Below, in pieces: positions 1 through 12,404 of a DNA stretch of 64,000 nucleotides. Location: positions 31,124,001 to 31,188,000 of the forward strand of contig NC_135879.1 in the NCBI RefSeq assembly GCF_964194155.1, written 5' to 3'. The notes below the pieces were generated by a model. That model ran no database searches, was not told the origin of the DNA, and worked only from the letters and a program-made list of their open reading frames with translations. The position numbers were made by a program, and so were the translations under genes. The stretch comes from Cetorhinus maximus. Lineage: Eukaryota. Numbering within the stretch: the stretch's first letter is position 1; each line of letters starts with the position of its first letter.

Positions 1-967
1 GTTACCTGGATACTTTGTACCAGGAGGCAATCACACCCCTTAGGATTGGGTCTTCTGATTTAGTCAGCAGTCAGGGAGAGGAGAGTGTGACTGAGAGTGA
101 GGCAGGTAAGGGGCACAGAGGTTATGAGGGCAGGAAATTAATCCATGGATCAAAAGATTAGTGTGGTAGAAGTGGGTTCAGGTACATGATCCAGTACTTT
201 GCATCAGTCTTCACTACAGGGGATGCAAGTAATATCCCAGAAATAGCTGTAAATGGCGGGGGGGGAGAAATTATCACCAGGGAAGTGGTACTGAGAAAAT
301 TGTTGGAGCTGCAGGCTGACAAGTCCCTGGTCCTGATGAGCTTCATCTTAAGGTCTTAGAAGTGGTTGGTGAGATAGTTGATGCGTTGGTTTTAATTTTC
401 TAAAATTCCTTAGATTGGGAGAATGTTCCATTAAATTGGAAAATAGCAAATGTAACTCCTTTATTCAAAAAAAGTGAGGGAGACAGAAAGCGGGAAGCTA
501 CAGGTCAGTTAGCTTAACATCTGTCATAGGGAAAATGTTAGAATCTATTATTATAGATGTTATAGCAGGGCTCTTAGAACAATTCAAGGTAATCAAGGAG
601 AGTCAACTTGGTTTTGAGAGAGGGAAATCATATTTAATCTAATTTAATTTATTGGAGTTCTTTGAAGTAGTAACATGTGCTCTGGACAAAGATGAAATTG
701 GTGGATGTATTGTACTTAGATTTCCAGAAGACATTTAATAAGGTGCCACATCTAAGGTTATTGTGGAATATTTTAACAAGTGATGTGCCACAGGAATCAG
801 TGCTGGGGCCTCAACTTTTTGCAATTTATATGAATGACTTGGATGAAGGGACCAAAGTAATGGTTGCTAAATTTGCTGACAACACAAAGATAGGTAGGAA
901 AGTAATTTGCGAAGAGAATATAAGGAGGTTACAAAGGAATATAGGTAGGTTAAGTGAGTAGGCAAAC
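1..967 (+). mobile_element. CR1-type LINE, internally deleted ORF2 (RT) remnant
   Basis: Translates to VDVLYLDFQKTFNKVPH and VPQESVLGPQLFAIYMNDLDEG...KFADNTK; many stops and frameshifts; resumes at ~1253. Confidence 0.85.
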
Positions 968-1252
968 GAACATACAAAGTAGGAGCAGGAGTAGACTATT
1001 CAGCCCCATGAGCTGCTCAGCCATTGAACAAGGTCGATCCGATTGTAACCTCAACTCCACATTCCTGCCCAACTTCGATAACCTTTCACCCCTCTGCTTA
1101 TCAAGAATCCATCTACCTCTGCCTCAAAAACATCCAAAGACTCCGCCTCCACCACCCTTTGAGGAAGAGAATTCCAAAGACCCACGATCTTCTGAGAGAA
1201 AATATTTCTCCTCATCTTGGCCTCAATGGGCGACCCCTTATTTTTAAACACT
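968..1252 (-). mobile_element. CR1 3' end nested in opposite orientation inside the flanking CR1
   Basis: Minus ORF RRNIFSQKIVGLWNSLPQRVVEAESLDVF..VDGFL is the CR1 ORF2 C-terminus; host element resumes after 1252. Confidence 0.85.
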
Positions 1253-1870
1253 GAAATCGTCCATTTTGTCAGGAAGAATTAAAAAATTAACTAATTGGTG
1301 AGAGATTGCAGAGCTTCGAGATAGAGCGTTCTGGGTGTCCTAGTGCATGAAATGCAAAAGGTTATTATGCAGGTACAGCAAATAATTAGGAAAGCTAATC
1401 GAATGTTATCATTCATTGCGAGGGAAATTAAATACAAAAGTAGGGAAGTTATGCTTCAGTTATACAGGGCATTAGGCGACTTGATTGAAACATATAAAGA
1501 TCCTGAGGGGTCTTGACAGGATGGATGTGGAGAGGATGTTTCCTCTTGTGGGAGAATCTAGAACTAAGGGTCACTGTTTAAAAATAAGGGGCTGCCCATT
1601 TAAGACAGAGGTGAGGAGAATTTTTTTCTCGGAAGGTCATGAGTCTTTGGAGAACTCTTCCTCAAAAAGCAGCGGAAGCAGAGTCTTTGAATATTTTTAA
1701 GGCAGAGCTCGGATTATTGATAAGCAAGGGGGTGAAAGGTTATTGGGGGGGCGGGGTTAGTTGGAAATGTGCAATTGAGGTTACAATCAGATCAGCCATG
1801 ATCTAATTGAATGGCAGAGCAGGCTCGAGAGGCAGAGTGGCCTTCTCTTGCTCCTAATTTGTATTTTTGT
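1253..1870 (+). mobile_element. CR1 LINE 3' part with 3' UTR tail
   Basis: ILRGLDRMDVERMFPLVGESRTKGH; tail ...cttgctcctaatttgtattt. Confidence 0.85.
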
Positions 1871-4089
1871 TTTAAATGCACCTATGCCATTTGCCTCAAT
1901 CTATCCATTCTTACCACTCTGGGTAAAGGAGGGGAATCAGAATAATCTCCATGACGGAACTGTTGACTAAAACAGATTATCAACAAATATAGAATGAGTT
2001 ATTATCGCATGAAATAATCTAAGCTCAGCATGGTTTAGAAGAGGGCTTTATTTTGAAGTTTATGGTGTGCCAAGTAGTAAATAATGCAAAGTAATATTTG
2101 TGTCATCCACTACAGGTTGGATGAATCACCCAGATCCCAATAAAAGCCATTACAATGGGCTGCATAACTTCAATGCAATTTATGTTCACACAGCTTTCAG
2201 AATCTTGGAAATTCTGTTTCAGCAGGAGGCTATAGCAGAATGTACCTGGAGAGAAGTGTATGACACCAACTGGAAGGCTAAATGGTGAGAGAGAAAAAAA
2301 AATCTCTTTCCAGAAAGCACGAATGTCTATCTGCAATTTGTTACTGATTTTTTTAAACTTGGTGAACTTTGGCTGGAAAGCCATTTTTCCAGAAATATTG
2401 ATTGCTGCAATGATTAGAACAAAACATTAAAATAAAACTATGAAATAATAATGATTGTGCAATTAACAACAATGAATAAAGATACACGATAGGCACTGAT
2501 TTGCGTGTGTTTTATTCCTATGCCGAATATCTTATCATGGTTGTATATGGATGTTACTACATACAGACTTCCAGAAGGCACTTGATAAAGTCTCAAAGCC
2601 TCTCATAAGAAACTAAAGTTGAAGCTCATGGAAGGGAAGGGAAATTATTAACCTGGTTAGGAAACTGGCTGAACAGAAGGTGACACAGTAGTAACATTTC
2701 ATCTTTTCATAGAAGAAACAGAAAAATTCCTCACCAGCTGTCAGGCTGAGCATGTCCCGATTCACTATTTACCAATCATCTTGAATTTAAACCTAGATCC
2801 CCTCCTTCCCCTGCTCTCCAAAACTTCACCTGTAAATAAGGTGCAAAAGTGATTCCAATGGTATTTAGTCTGGGAAGAAGGGGAGAGCAATTTGAATTTC
2901 ATTTGTCTGATTTGTCATCTGCAAAAAAATTTGAACGTGTTCTGTTTATTCATAATGGCCAAGTTCATATCCCTGTCTGCTAGAGGTGCCAGCAGCTCCA
3001 CAGCAAAATTTCTGCAAAAGAAACCATGACCGCCATAACCAGCCTACGACAACTAGTCTTCCTTTATTTGCTTTGACCGTTGCAAATTAGAAAGTAGAAA
3101 TTTTGAAAAATTTTTGTGAGTGCACAGTACCCTCTCTTAACATTGGTTTTTGTTACTCCCATTGCTAGATGGCTCAGTAGGTAAATGCATCATATAGTGT
3201 GATACTAACCATACATAATATGCTAATTCCATGTCTAGCCCCTAGCCTCTGCTTGTCAGATATCACCAGGGAAGTAAAAATTTGTTAACGCTGCCTCAAA
3301 TTCTCACTTAGGAGTAAAGATGGGGCTACACCTGAATATCCTATTTCTGATTCCTAATAAGTAATCCTTGCAGGAATACAAGCACATGCAAGAGGGAGTG
3401 GAGGAATTAAGTGCAAGAACAAGAGGAAACAGAGGGGGATGGTGGGCAGCAGTAAAACCAAGAAAGATTCTTTTAAATACATTTTTGGGTGTGGTGTTGA
3501 TCCCCATTTTATTGCCTAGGGGGATCAGGGCAAATGTAGTTACCAAGCAAGCTCAGGGCCAGGTCAGCACGTCAGCAAACAGTTACAATCTCGGCAAGGG
3601 AAGGAGGGTTGTTTGCTATGTGAAAGTGTGAGTCATCTATCTGATGCTAATTTTCCAGATCTACTCACTATCAATATTTCCTCCAATTTGGGCAACATGT
3701 TTTCAATTTATACTTCAGCAATAAAAAATGTAAAATCTTGATCTGAAAAAACCCAAATTGAGCTACTAGATTGATCATAAGAATCTTCCCAAGGAAGACG
3801 ACGTCTCATTCAGATCTTGTCAACAAGCTTAAAACAACTGGATTGGAGAGCTTTCACTTTGAAAGAAGCTGAAAGCTGTGTCTGTTACTTGAAATTCAGC
3901 CTGAGTTTTGCAACATGACCAAAGCAAGTACTAGAAGGAAATTTCTATCCTAAGCTCTTCAATTTGCTCAGTTACAGAGAACTGTAAATGGCTCCTGAGG
4001 ATAAAATTCAACCTTCTGCATTTGGAGTGAAGACCAGTCACCTCCAAAATAAAAAGTTGAAAAACAAAAGAAAAACGTTGCATCCTTGT

Positions 4090-5810
4090 TCAAAAAAAAG
4101 GGAGTCAAATAAACCTGTTAACTACAGACCAGTCAGGCTAATGTGGCAATGGGGAAATATCTAGAGACAATAAGAGGACAACATTGTCACTTGAAGGTTA
4201 ATAAATGAGAGCCAACATGGATTTGTTAAAGGCAAATCATGTCAGTCAAACCTGCTCGAGTTCTCCGATTAAGTAAAGAAAAAGGTTAATAAAGAATCTG
4301 TATGTGGGTTTTCAAAGGTGTTTAAGTGCTACAATATAAATTTGTCAGTGAAAATCAAGCCCATGGGATTAAAAGGGTGGCGGCAGCGTAGCTACAAAAT
4401 TGGCTATGAGATAGAAAGCAGGTGGTAGTGATGGATGTGTGTTTCAGATTGGAGAGGAGTATACAGTGGTGTCTCCCGGGGGTCAGTATTTGGACCATCC
4501 TTCTTTTCAATACATATTAAAGGACTAGGGCTTGGGTATTAGTGACATAATTTCAAAATTTTTTTGCAGATGACATGAAACTTGGAAATGTAGTAAACAG
4601 CAAGGAGGACTGTCGCAAGCTTCAAGAACACACACCTGGCAGATTAAATTTAAGGCTGCGTTTGCTGACAACGCTGTGCATGCGCAATTCAACTGTTTCT
4701 CTGCCATGCTTGCTGTTTTGCAGACACATGCAGCCATGAGCACATTGTTATCAGACTGACAGCAGAACAGGACTTCATAGATCTGACACTGCTAGACTGA
4801 AATTAATTCAGTGTCAAAGAAAACAAACGTTTTGCACCATTTTAATGCAGAAGTGGATAATTTAAAGCAGCAAACTAATGAACAGAAAATCTTGGAGACA
4901 CTCAGGCAGCATCTTGCGTTGAATGCCTCTAGAGTTTTCTGTTTCCAAGTTGCAGCATCGGCAATATTTTGCTGGTCTCTTTTGTGAATTATTAATGATG
5001 GTTCTTTGACAATCATGCAATATTAGGAGGGGGAGCTGGTCCTGAAGATGTTAAGATGCATACATTTCCTGCCTAAAAAACCCATGTTTTGAATGCAGCA
5101 GAGTGACATCTGCCTGGACCAGTGTGCATGTGCAGATGGCAATTTTGCATTGGCAGGAGACACTAAATTTAATGCCATGAAGTGTGGAGTGGTGTATTGT
5201 AGAAGGGCGCTAAAACAGAGAGACCTGGAGGTTTAGGTTTGTTGGTGGCAGGTCAAATTAATGAGGCCATTGAAGTATAGAGGACTCTGTGCTTTATAAA
5301 TAAGAGGCTTAGAGTGCAAATGCAAAGAAATTTGTAAATCAATTGTTAGGCCTCAGGTGGAATAATGTTTCCAAGGCTTTGGAGACTCTGCAGAGAGAAT
5401 TAACTAGAATGGTATAGGGATGGGGGTCTCCAGTTATGTGCAGAGACTAGAGAAACTGAGGTTGTGGTCCTTAGAATTGAAATGTTAAGGGGAGATTTAA
5501 TTTAGGTGATGAAAATGTATAAAGGTTTTTATAGAGTTGGACAATTTATCTTGCAGGAAATGTCAGCAACCACAGGGAAGATGAGGAGAGTTTTCTTTTT
5601 ATTCAGGCCGCTGCATCTGAAATGCATTGCCTGAAAGGGAGGTAGAAGCAGTTTCAAAAATAACTTTTGAATGTATATCCAAGGAATTAGATACACATTA
5701 AAAAAATAACTACTTGCAGGGCTATGGGGAAAGAGCAGGAGAGTGGGACTAATTGGAAAATCCCAAGAGCTGGCACAGGTACCTCCTACTCTGCTGTAAG
5801 GTTCTGATGT
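4090..5810 (+). mobile_element. Degenerate CR1 LINE, interrupted by an insert at 4654-5163
   Basis: Decayed QHGF.KGKSC, GVPQGS-like and FADD motifs, then 3' region and tail (cctcctactctgctgtaa). Confidence 0.7.
4654..5163. mobile_element. ~510-bp non-autonomous insertion in CR1 flanked by duplicated TAAATTTAA
   Basis: TAAATTTAA at 4645-4653 and 5164-5172; CR1 text (tggcaga...aaatttaatgc) rejoins across it; subterminal tgcatgcgca/tgcatgtgca motifs. Confidence 0.5.
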
Positions 5811-6447
5811 TAAGTCTGTTGAATTATTGAATGACATGACAGGCCTTCTGTATTGCATGATTCCACAAAGACTGACTCTGATTAATCCGTTGAGGTTGAA
5901 GGCCCAACTCCCCAGCTGCTGTCTAACCTACCCTTCAGGCAACATGGAGCGTTTGTTAAGTTGAACTTTGTGAGTAGGAGCATGCCCCCGGAAATTGCTA
6001 TCTATTCAGTGACTTTAAAACGTAATACCACCAAGCAATCTCCGTTTGATGCCGTGTTTGTCAGTGCCAGCACATTTTAACCCAAACTTGACAATGAATT
6101 CCAGTAGAACCTTGAAAACCAACAGATGACTAACTGCAGCATAAGAAGTTCTACCTATCAATAGGGTTGCTTGCACAAACATACAAAGTGATGCTTTGAT
6201 TTCAGGCACTGCAAAGCACATAATACTGTGGATAAAACTTTGAATATTCTAAAAGGATGTGAAAAAAATAATTTTGTCTAAAAAAAAGTACAATCAGAAA
6301 GAACAGCAAGCAAGGAGAACAAAACCCCCACAATACAGAAATGATGCATCAAACCAGGAAAGGCAGCCTTTGTCTCTCAACATTAAACACTTGTACTGGG
6401 AATATACCCGCAATGATTCTAAAGCTTGCTTCCTCAGCATTCTTAAT

Positions 6448-6494
6448 GTACTGAAGTTCTCAAAAGGTATGCAAGTACTCAAGTTCTCAAAAGG
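6448..6494 (+). repeat. Short direct duplication, 27-bp period
   Basis: gtactgaagttctcaaaagg (6448-6467) and gtactcaagttctcaaaagg (6475-6494). Confidence 0.8.
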
Positions 6495-6537
6495 GCTGTG
6501 GGTGGCGAGGGAGGGGGGAGGGGGAAGGTGCAGTTGC

Positions 6538-6925
6538 TCAAGCCCCATTCTAGAGAATTAAGCCTGTAATCTAGGGCAACACTTCAGTGCAATAGCGCGA
6601 GGGTGCTAGAGTTGAAAGTACTGTCTTTCGGATGAAATATTAAACCAAGGCTTTGCCTACTCTCTCAAATAGATGTAAACGATCCTATGGCACGATCTGA
6701 GAAGGAGTGGGGGTTGCAGGTGGTGCCTTGGAAAACATTTAACCCTTAAATCAACACTGAGAAACAAGATTATCTCACTGCTACTTGTGGGACCTTGCTG
6801 TGTGCAAGCTGGCTGCCATGTTCTCCTACATTAAAATAATAACTACATTTCATAGTACTTCACTGGCTGTGAAGCACTTTTGAGGCATCCCGAGGCCACA
6901 AATAAAACTACAAAGTGCAAGTTCT
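6538..6925 (+). mobile_element. DeuSINE-like (SacSINE1-type) SINE with L2-like tail, 5'-truncated
   Basis: Deu-domain-like ggatgaaatattaaaccaagg...gatcctatggcac; tail ctgtgaagcacttt...gcaagt; similar to copy at 62920. Confidence 0.7.
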
Positions 6926-7691
6926 ATTACTGGCCATCATTGGAGAAAAAAAAATTTAAGTCTATATTTCAGAAAAACCATTTTTTAAGTAGTACTGTAA
7001 ATACATGACTTGTGGATTTGTTTAAACATCCAACCCCGGTAGCAATATCATAATGGTCTCCATTTTGTTTTCATTTAAAATTTTAGGAAATCAGTTAAAT
7101 AACAGCACTATGCAAATACATAAGCCATTAAAGTATTATCAAGATTATTAAAAAATGCCTACCAGCAAGAAGAATTTGGTCAATTTGTAGTTACTTGCAT
7201 CTGAAGAAAACACTTGCCCGGAAATAAGAGCTGCTTATAAGAAACCCAGCCATCAACCATATTGGGGGGGGGAAACATATGAAGAAAATGTATTTATGCC
7301 TCAGTTACCATTATGGGCAAGATCATGAGTTTGTAGTGTAAATTGTGACCTTACTGTTTGGCTGGTTTACTTATGGAAATGAACTGAAAGAAACTAAACT
7401 GAAAACTGCTATCTGAATGCAGACTGGAATGATGCAGAAACTCTTAATTTATCCATATGCACTGCTAAACTTTTCACAGGGATTAGAGACAAGGTGATTT
7501 TGTTAAGGTTCTCCTATCAAGCTAAGTCACACCTTTGATGGTTTAAAAATATAACAATTAACTTTTAAAGCCCCATTTAAGTCTGCTTTCACATTTCTTC
7601 TAAGGACCCACAGCAATGTCTGTAAGGTGCAAGTGTGATCACAACACTGTTGGAGCTATTTGACTCCAAGTTGAATATTATATGAAGTAAT

Positions 7692-7983
7692 AAAAAAGCA
7701 AAATACTGCCAAAGGTGGAAATCTGAAACAAATGAAATGCTGAAAATACTCAGGCCAGGAATGTAACCTCTCCTGCCTTCCACTCTGTCAGACATTCCCT
7801 TTTGTTCTTTCTGCCTTTTCCCTGTCTCTATACTTGCTAAAAACATGTTACATCTTTAACTTTTAAAGTTCTGACGAAAAGTCATAGATTTGAAATGCTA
7901 ACTTTTTCTCTTTCCATAGATGTTGCCTGTCATGGAATATTTCCAACTTTTTTTCATTTAAATGTATTTGTTTTTCTGCATTA
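7692..7983. mobile_element. Penelope-like non-autonomous inverted-repeat element
   Basis: Ends aaaagcaaaatactgc..ggaaatctgaaa..atgctgaaaatactcagg and ..gatgttgcctg..atatttccaac..gtatttgtttt; ctgacga..gaaa core at 7871-7895. Confidence 0.55.
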
Positions 7984-8078
7984 TCATGCTTGTGAACCTC
8001 AGATTTGGAGAAGGTTAGCTAGGATGCAGGAAAGGATCACAATATAACCCTTAGGAGTTTCTGTACAAAGCATGCTAC

Positions 8079-8259
8079 CTTTCTTCCCCTTTTGTGAAGA
8101 TCCCTGGGATTCATCTTCAATGGTTGACTTTTCCTCGTCATCATTTTGCTGTGTTTCTCGGTTTTCTTTGCTTTCACTGTTGTCTTTCTTTTCAGTCTTG
8201 TCTTTTTTCTTATTTTTATTCAGAGGCTTTTTGTTTGGTTGGTTCATGATGTTATGGTG
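8079..8259 (-). CDS. LARP1B: La-related protein 1B, coding exon 4 (HHNIMNQPNKKPLNKNKKKDKTEKKDNSESKENRETQQNDDEEKSTIEDESQGSSQKGKK)
   Basis: AG at 8260-8261, GT at 8077-8078; 181 nt, phase 0 to 1; resembles LARP1B NKKPQNRKEKEEK...NSDSKENRET...EDEAQSSNQRKR; next exon not found in window. Confidence 0.9.
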
Positions 8260-8959
8260 CTATAAAAATGAAAGAGATTCAAAAACTAATATTCAGAATT
8301 GCACATTTCAATACAGTATAACCTTTCAAATCAACTATCCAAAAATCCAGTGATTATCCCATGTATTCTAAGTTAAAACCATCTAAAAGCAGCTATGTAG
8401 CAAGGGTATACTGGTAAATTCAATCTTTGGGCCAAATTCAGCCAGAGAAATTCAAACTTGAATAGCACAATATGTAGAATAGAGAGAGAAACTAATTACC
8501 AATTCCTCTGGTGTGGGAGTCAAGCATTAGCATTAAAATTATAGCTCGGTCATGGTGGCTTTGCACAAAGGATAATGCGAATCTGGAACTCTCTTCAAAG
8601 TTATTGATGTTAGTCAATTGAAAGTTTAAATTCTTATGGCAAAGGGCTCAGGCACAAGATAACAAGGCGGAAGTTAAGTTTTACAAAAAGACAAGAGTTT
8701 AAAACAAAGTTCCACTTAATATGCTGGAGTAGATGGGGGAAATAGATCAGTGTTTTCCCCATGGTATATATTTGTGGGTCACAGAAGAAACTCCTTCAGA
8801 CATTCTGAGCTAGTGATCAACATGTTGAAACTTCTTCTATATAGAAAACAAGCCTTTGCCATCAATGACAGGTGGAAAAATATGATCAGAATGTTGTTAT
8901 AAACCTTTAGTGGAAAGGAAAAGATAGTGGTCAGTGCACAGAGTAGGTGTATCTTAAAG

Positions 8960-9480
8960 GACTGCATTCCAAAGCACTCCTGGCTGGTCTCCCACATTCT
9001 ATGCTCCATAAACTTGAGGTCATCCAAAACTCTGATGCCCCTGTCTTAGCTCGCACCAAGTCCCGTTCCCCTATCCTGCGCTCGCTGATCTACAAGCAAT
9101 GTCTTGATTTTAAAATTCTCATTCTCATTTTCAAGTCCCTCCCCATCTCTGCAATCTCCTTCGACCCAATGCCTCAGAAATATCTGTGAGCCTCTAATTC
9201 TGGCCTCTTATGCACTTCCAATCATAATTGTTCCACCATTTGTGGCTGTGCCTTCAACTGCCTTAGCCAAAACTCTTGAACTCCCACTCTACACCTCCCT
9301 GCCTCGCTTTCCTCCTTTAAGACAATTCTTAAAACCTACCTCTTTGACCAAGCTTTTAGTCATCTGACCAAATATCTCCTTGTGTAGTTTGGTGTCATAC
9401 ATTGATTTATAATGCCCGTGGTGCGCCTGAGGGCTCATTACATTAAAGGTGCTACATAAATATTTATTGTTGTTACATGA
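8960..9480 (+). mobile_element. L2 LINE 3' end
   Basis: ALLAGLPHSMLHKLEVIQNS.A.VL.RTK; DFKILILIFKS; (ttg)n tail. Confidence 0.8.
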
Positions 9481-9688
9481 CAAGGTAATTTCCCCTATTG
9501 GATAACAAGTGTGCTTTTGGGGAAATAGTTTGAATGCAAACAGAGAAACCTTTTATAATCTCAGATACAGATTGAATTAAAAGATTAATTCTTCACTAGA
9601 GAAACCATTTAAAAGGCAGTGTTGCACCTCGTTTCATATTGGGGGAATCATTTCAATATAAAAGCAAGTGCACTGCATAGTAACATAC

Positions 9689-9748
9689 CTCTTTATTAGC
9701 GATTTCCCCTGGAGTAGGCCAGTTTGTGATGTCACTAAAGTCACTTGC
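9689..9748 (-). CDS. LARP1B: La-related protein 1B, coding exon 3 (ASDFSDITNWPTPGEIANKE)
   Basis: ttttag acceptor (9749-9750), GAG|gtatgt donor; 60 nt, phase 0-0; matches LARP1 VGDFGDAINWPTPGEIA and LARP1B ENWPTP. Confidence 0.93.
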
Positions 9749-9799
9749 CTAAAATAGGAAGAAAAAGTATATCATTCAAAAATTCAACAGACTTAACAC

Positions 9800-10215
9800 A
9801 CAATCTTACAGCACAGAAGATGCCATTGGACCTGTTCTGGCTCTCTGAAAGAGCCATCTGATTAAACCCAGGCCCCTGTTCATTTACCACAAAAAAATCT
9901 GCATTCCAAGCATATATCCAATTCTCTTTGACAAGTTACTATTGAACCTACCTTTTCCACCCCCTTTTTCCAGATCATCACTTGCAAAAAATTTTTTCCA
10001 GATCATCACTCGTAAAAAAATTCTCATCTCCCCTGTGATTATCGAACCTCCTGGAAAGAGTTTATCTTTAATTTACTCTGTCAAAACCCTTCATGATTTT
10101 GAACACTCCTTAAATTTCCCCTCAACATTTTCAGCTCTAAGCAGAACAATCCCATCTTTCCATATAACTGAAATCCCTCAGCCCCTGTATCATTTTGGTA
10201 ATCTCCTCTGCGCCA
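9800..10215 (-). mobile_element. CR1 3' fragment containing a ~28-bp tandem duplication (~9965-10020)
   Basis: Reverse CR1 tail (cagcacagaag..gccatt); ttttccagatcatcact occurs twice. Confidence 0.6.
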
Positions 10216-10499
10216 CCCTAACTATATGCAAATGAGATGAGGCATTTAATGATCGTTTCATGACAAGGTGTAAAATAAATCACAGGTTTAAAAGTTGCTG
10301 ATATTTATTAACTTCAAGAACTTAGGTAACTTGAAGAGCATGCAGTTGCAACATCAGGCTCCTTTTATAAAAAACTGACATATTATGGGGGTACCTCCTA
10401 AAATGTCATTCCAGCAATGGCAGCTGATGGATAAAACTGCAACAGTGTGGATTCTCAACATTAAATCCCTAATTGCATCCATTCATCAATACCTCTGTG

Positions 10500-10950
10500 A
10501 CTGTCCTCGCATTCCAAGGTGCTTTACTGGATCATTACAAAGCAAAATTGGACACCAAGTTGCATAGAGAGATATTGGGGCAGCTGGCCAAAAGCTTGGT
10601 CGCAGATTCAGTGTCTTCAAGGAGGAAAGCGAAGTAGAGAGGTAGAGGAAAGGAATTCCAGGGCATATGGGCCTAGGCATCTGAACGTGCGGCCACCAAA
10701 GGTGGAGCAATTAAAATCAAGGATGCTCAAGAGGCCAGAATTAGAGGTGGTGCAGATATCCTGATGGTAGAAATTACTGACATAGAGAGAGGTAAGGCCA
10801 TGGAGGGATATGGAAACATAAAATGAGAATTTTAAAATCCAGACATTGCTTAACAGGAGCCAACATAGATTAGTGGGCACAGGGGTGATGGGTGAACTGG
10901 ACTTGGTGTAAATGACAACATAGGAAGAAGTTAGGAAGACTTCAAGGCAA
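10500..10950 (-). mobile_element. L2 LINE 3' fragment
   Basis: Reverse complement of the L2 3' region seen at 8960-9480. Confidence 0.7.
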
Positions 10951-10989
10951 CTCTGGCACATGTATTATAACACACACTAAGTTTTGCTT

Positions 10990-11920
10990 ATCCATCACCC
11001 TGTGCTTACTGACCTACACAGGATCCTGATTCACCAACAGCCTGATTTTCAAGTTCTCGTCCTTGATCATATATAGATTTTTTTTTTACATTGTTCCATG
11101 GTCTCACCCATCTCTATTTCTGTAACCTCCTACAGCCTTACATACTCCAAGAACTATGTTCCTCCAACTCTGGCCTCTTGTGCAATCCCCGCTCCTTTCA
11201 CTGCACCATTTGTGTATTCAGTCATCTTGGCTCTAAACTCTGAAATCCCTTTCCTAAACCTCTCCACCTCCCTCTCTCCTCCTAGACAATTATTAAAAGA
11301 GATAGATTTTAACAAAGCTTTTGGCAATCTATCCCAATATCTCCTCCTTCAGCTCAGTGTCAAATTTTGGTTGTGCTCGTCTGAAACAGGGAGAAATGTT
11401 TTTAAGTTAAAGGCGCAATATAAATATTAGTTGCTTCTGTTGATCGAATAGGTTTTGTGAATATGATAAAATTGCAAACAGGTCACTGCTGAATAGAATC
11501 AAGTGTGCATATGCTGCACAAAGTCCCCCATGCTCATCACCCCAGTGTCCCTGTGGTTGCCTTTAAAAATCTCTCATCTAAAAGCCCTCCAAGGCTTCAC
11601 TACATTAGCTTTGCAATCTTAAACACTATTTCTTAAAATACATCCTCCAATTGTGGTTTATGCCTGCCACCTTTTCCATTCTACCGATGACAAATCCTTC
11701 AGCCACTAACCCTTCACATTATGGGGTTCCCATCGAAAATCTCTAAATTACCCCCTCCTTTCAAACGTTTTGTCCAAACTTATTTCTTTAAGCAGTGTCC
11801 TTCAACAACTTCTTTCCTATTTCTTGATCAGTGTTCATTAGTTTTTCAAGGCAAGCAGTACATAAATTTATGTGCTAGCAGCAACAAATGCACAAATTGC
11901 TTCCGTTTGTTGTTGTAAGC
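10990..11920 (+). mobile_element. Two consecutive decayed L2 3' fragments
   Basis: catcaccctgtgcttactgacctaca and ctttggcaatctatcccaatatctcctc; second fragment from ~11520. Confidence 0.6.
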
Positions 11921-12404
11921 CTTCAAAGTCAAGGATTCTTGGGATGCCAGAAACCTGATGACTCATCGAAAAGTGACTCAGGGCTTGAATAAGATAGCAC
12001 TGTCACAATTATCCTGCAGCTCACTGTAATCGGCTATTCTTATAGTGAGGACCCAGACAGCAGACAATAGCACACAGAGTTTCCTTTGAAGAGAGGGGTG
12101 GGAGAATAACATCAAGCCAAAATCCATGGATACTTTCCACAAATAATAGCTTTAGGTGACTTTTTTCATTTGGTTCTAAAGCTCAGCAGCTTTCGCCCGA
12201 AAGCCTCTGATCTATGTGCTATGCAGAGCAGAGGCCTGTAAGAGATGGGAGAGGAGCAAAGTGTGCAATTCAGACCAAGTATTATACATAAACTAGTAAG
12301 AGGAAATATTACAAGCTCACAGGGTACAAATTTCATCAAAAGAGCGGTGTTCACAGGTAGTTCAGATTTTTTCTCCTCCCTTTTACCAACCCCTCAATGA
12401 GATA

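Noticed and set aside
3780-4030. Possible further LARP1B exon (expected NKHKWVPL-like)
   Set aside because: No matching peptide or splice-site pair found by eye in 1-8078; next exon presumably lies outside the window
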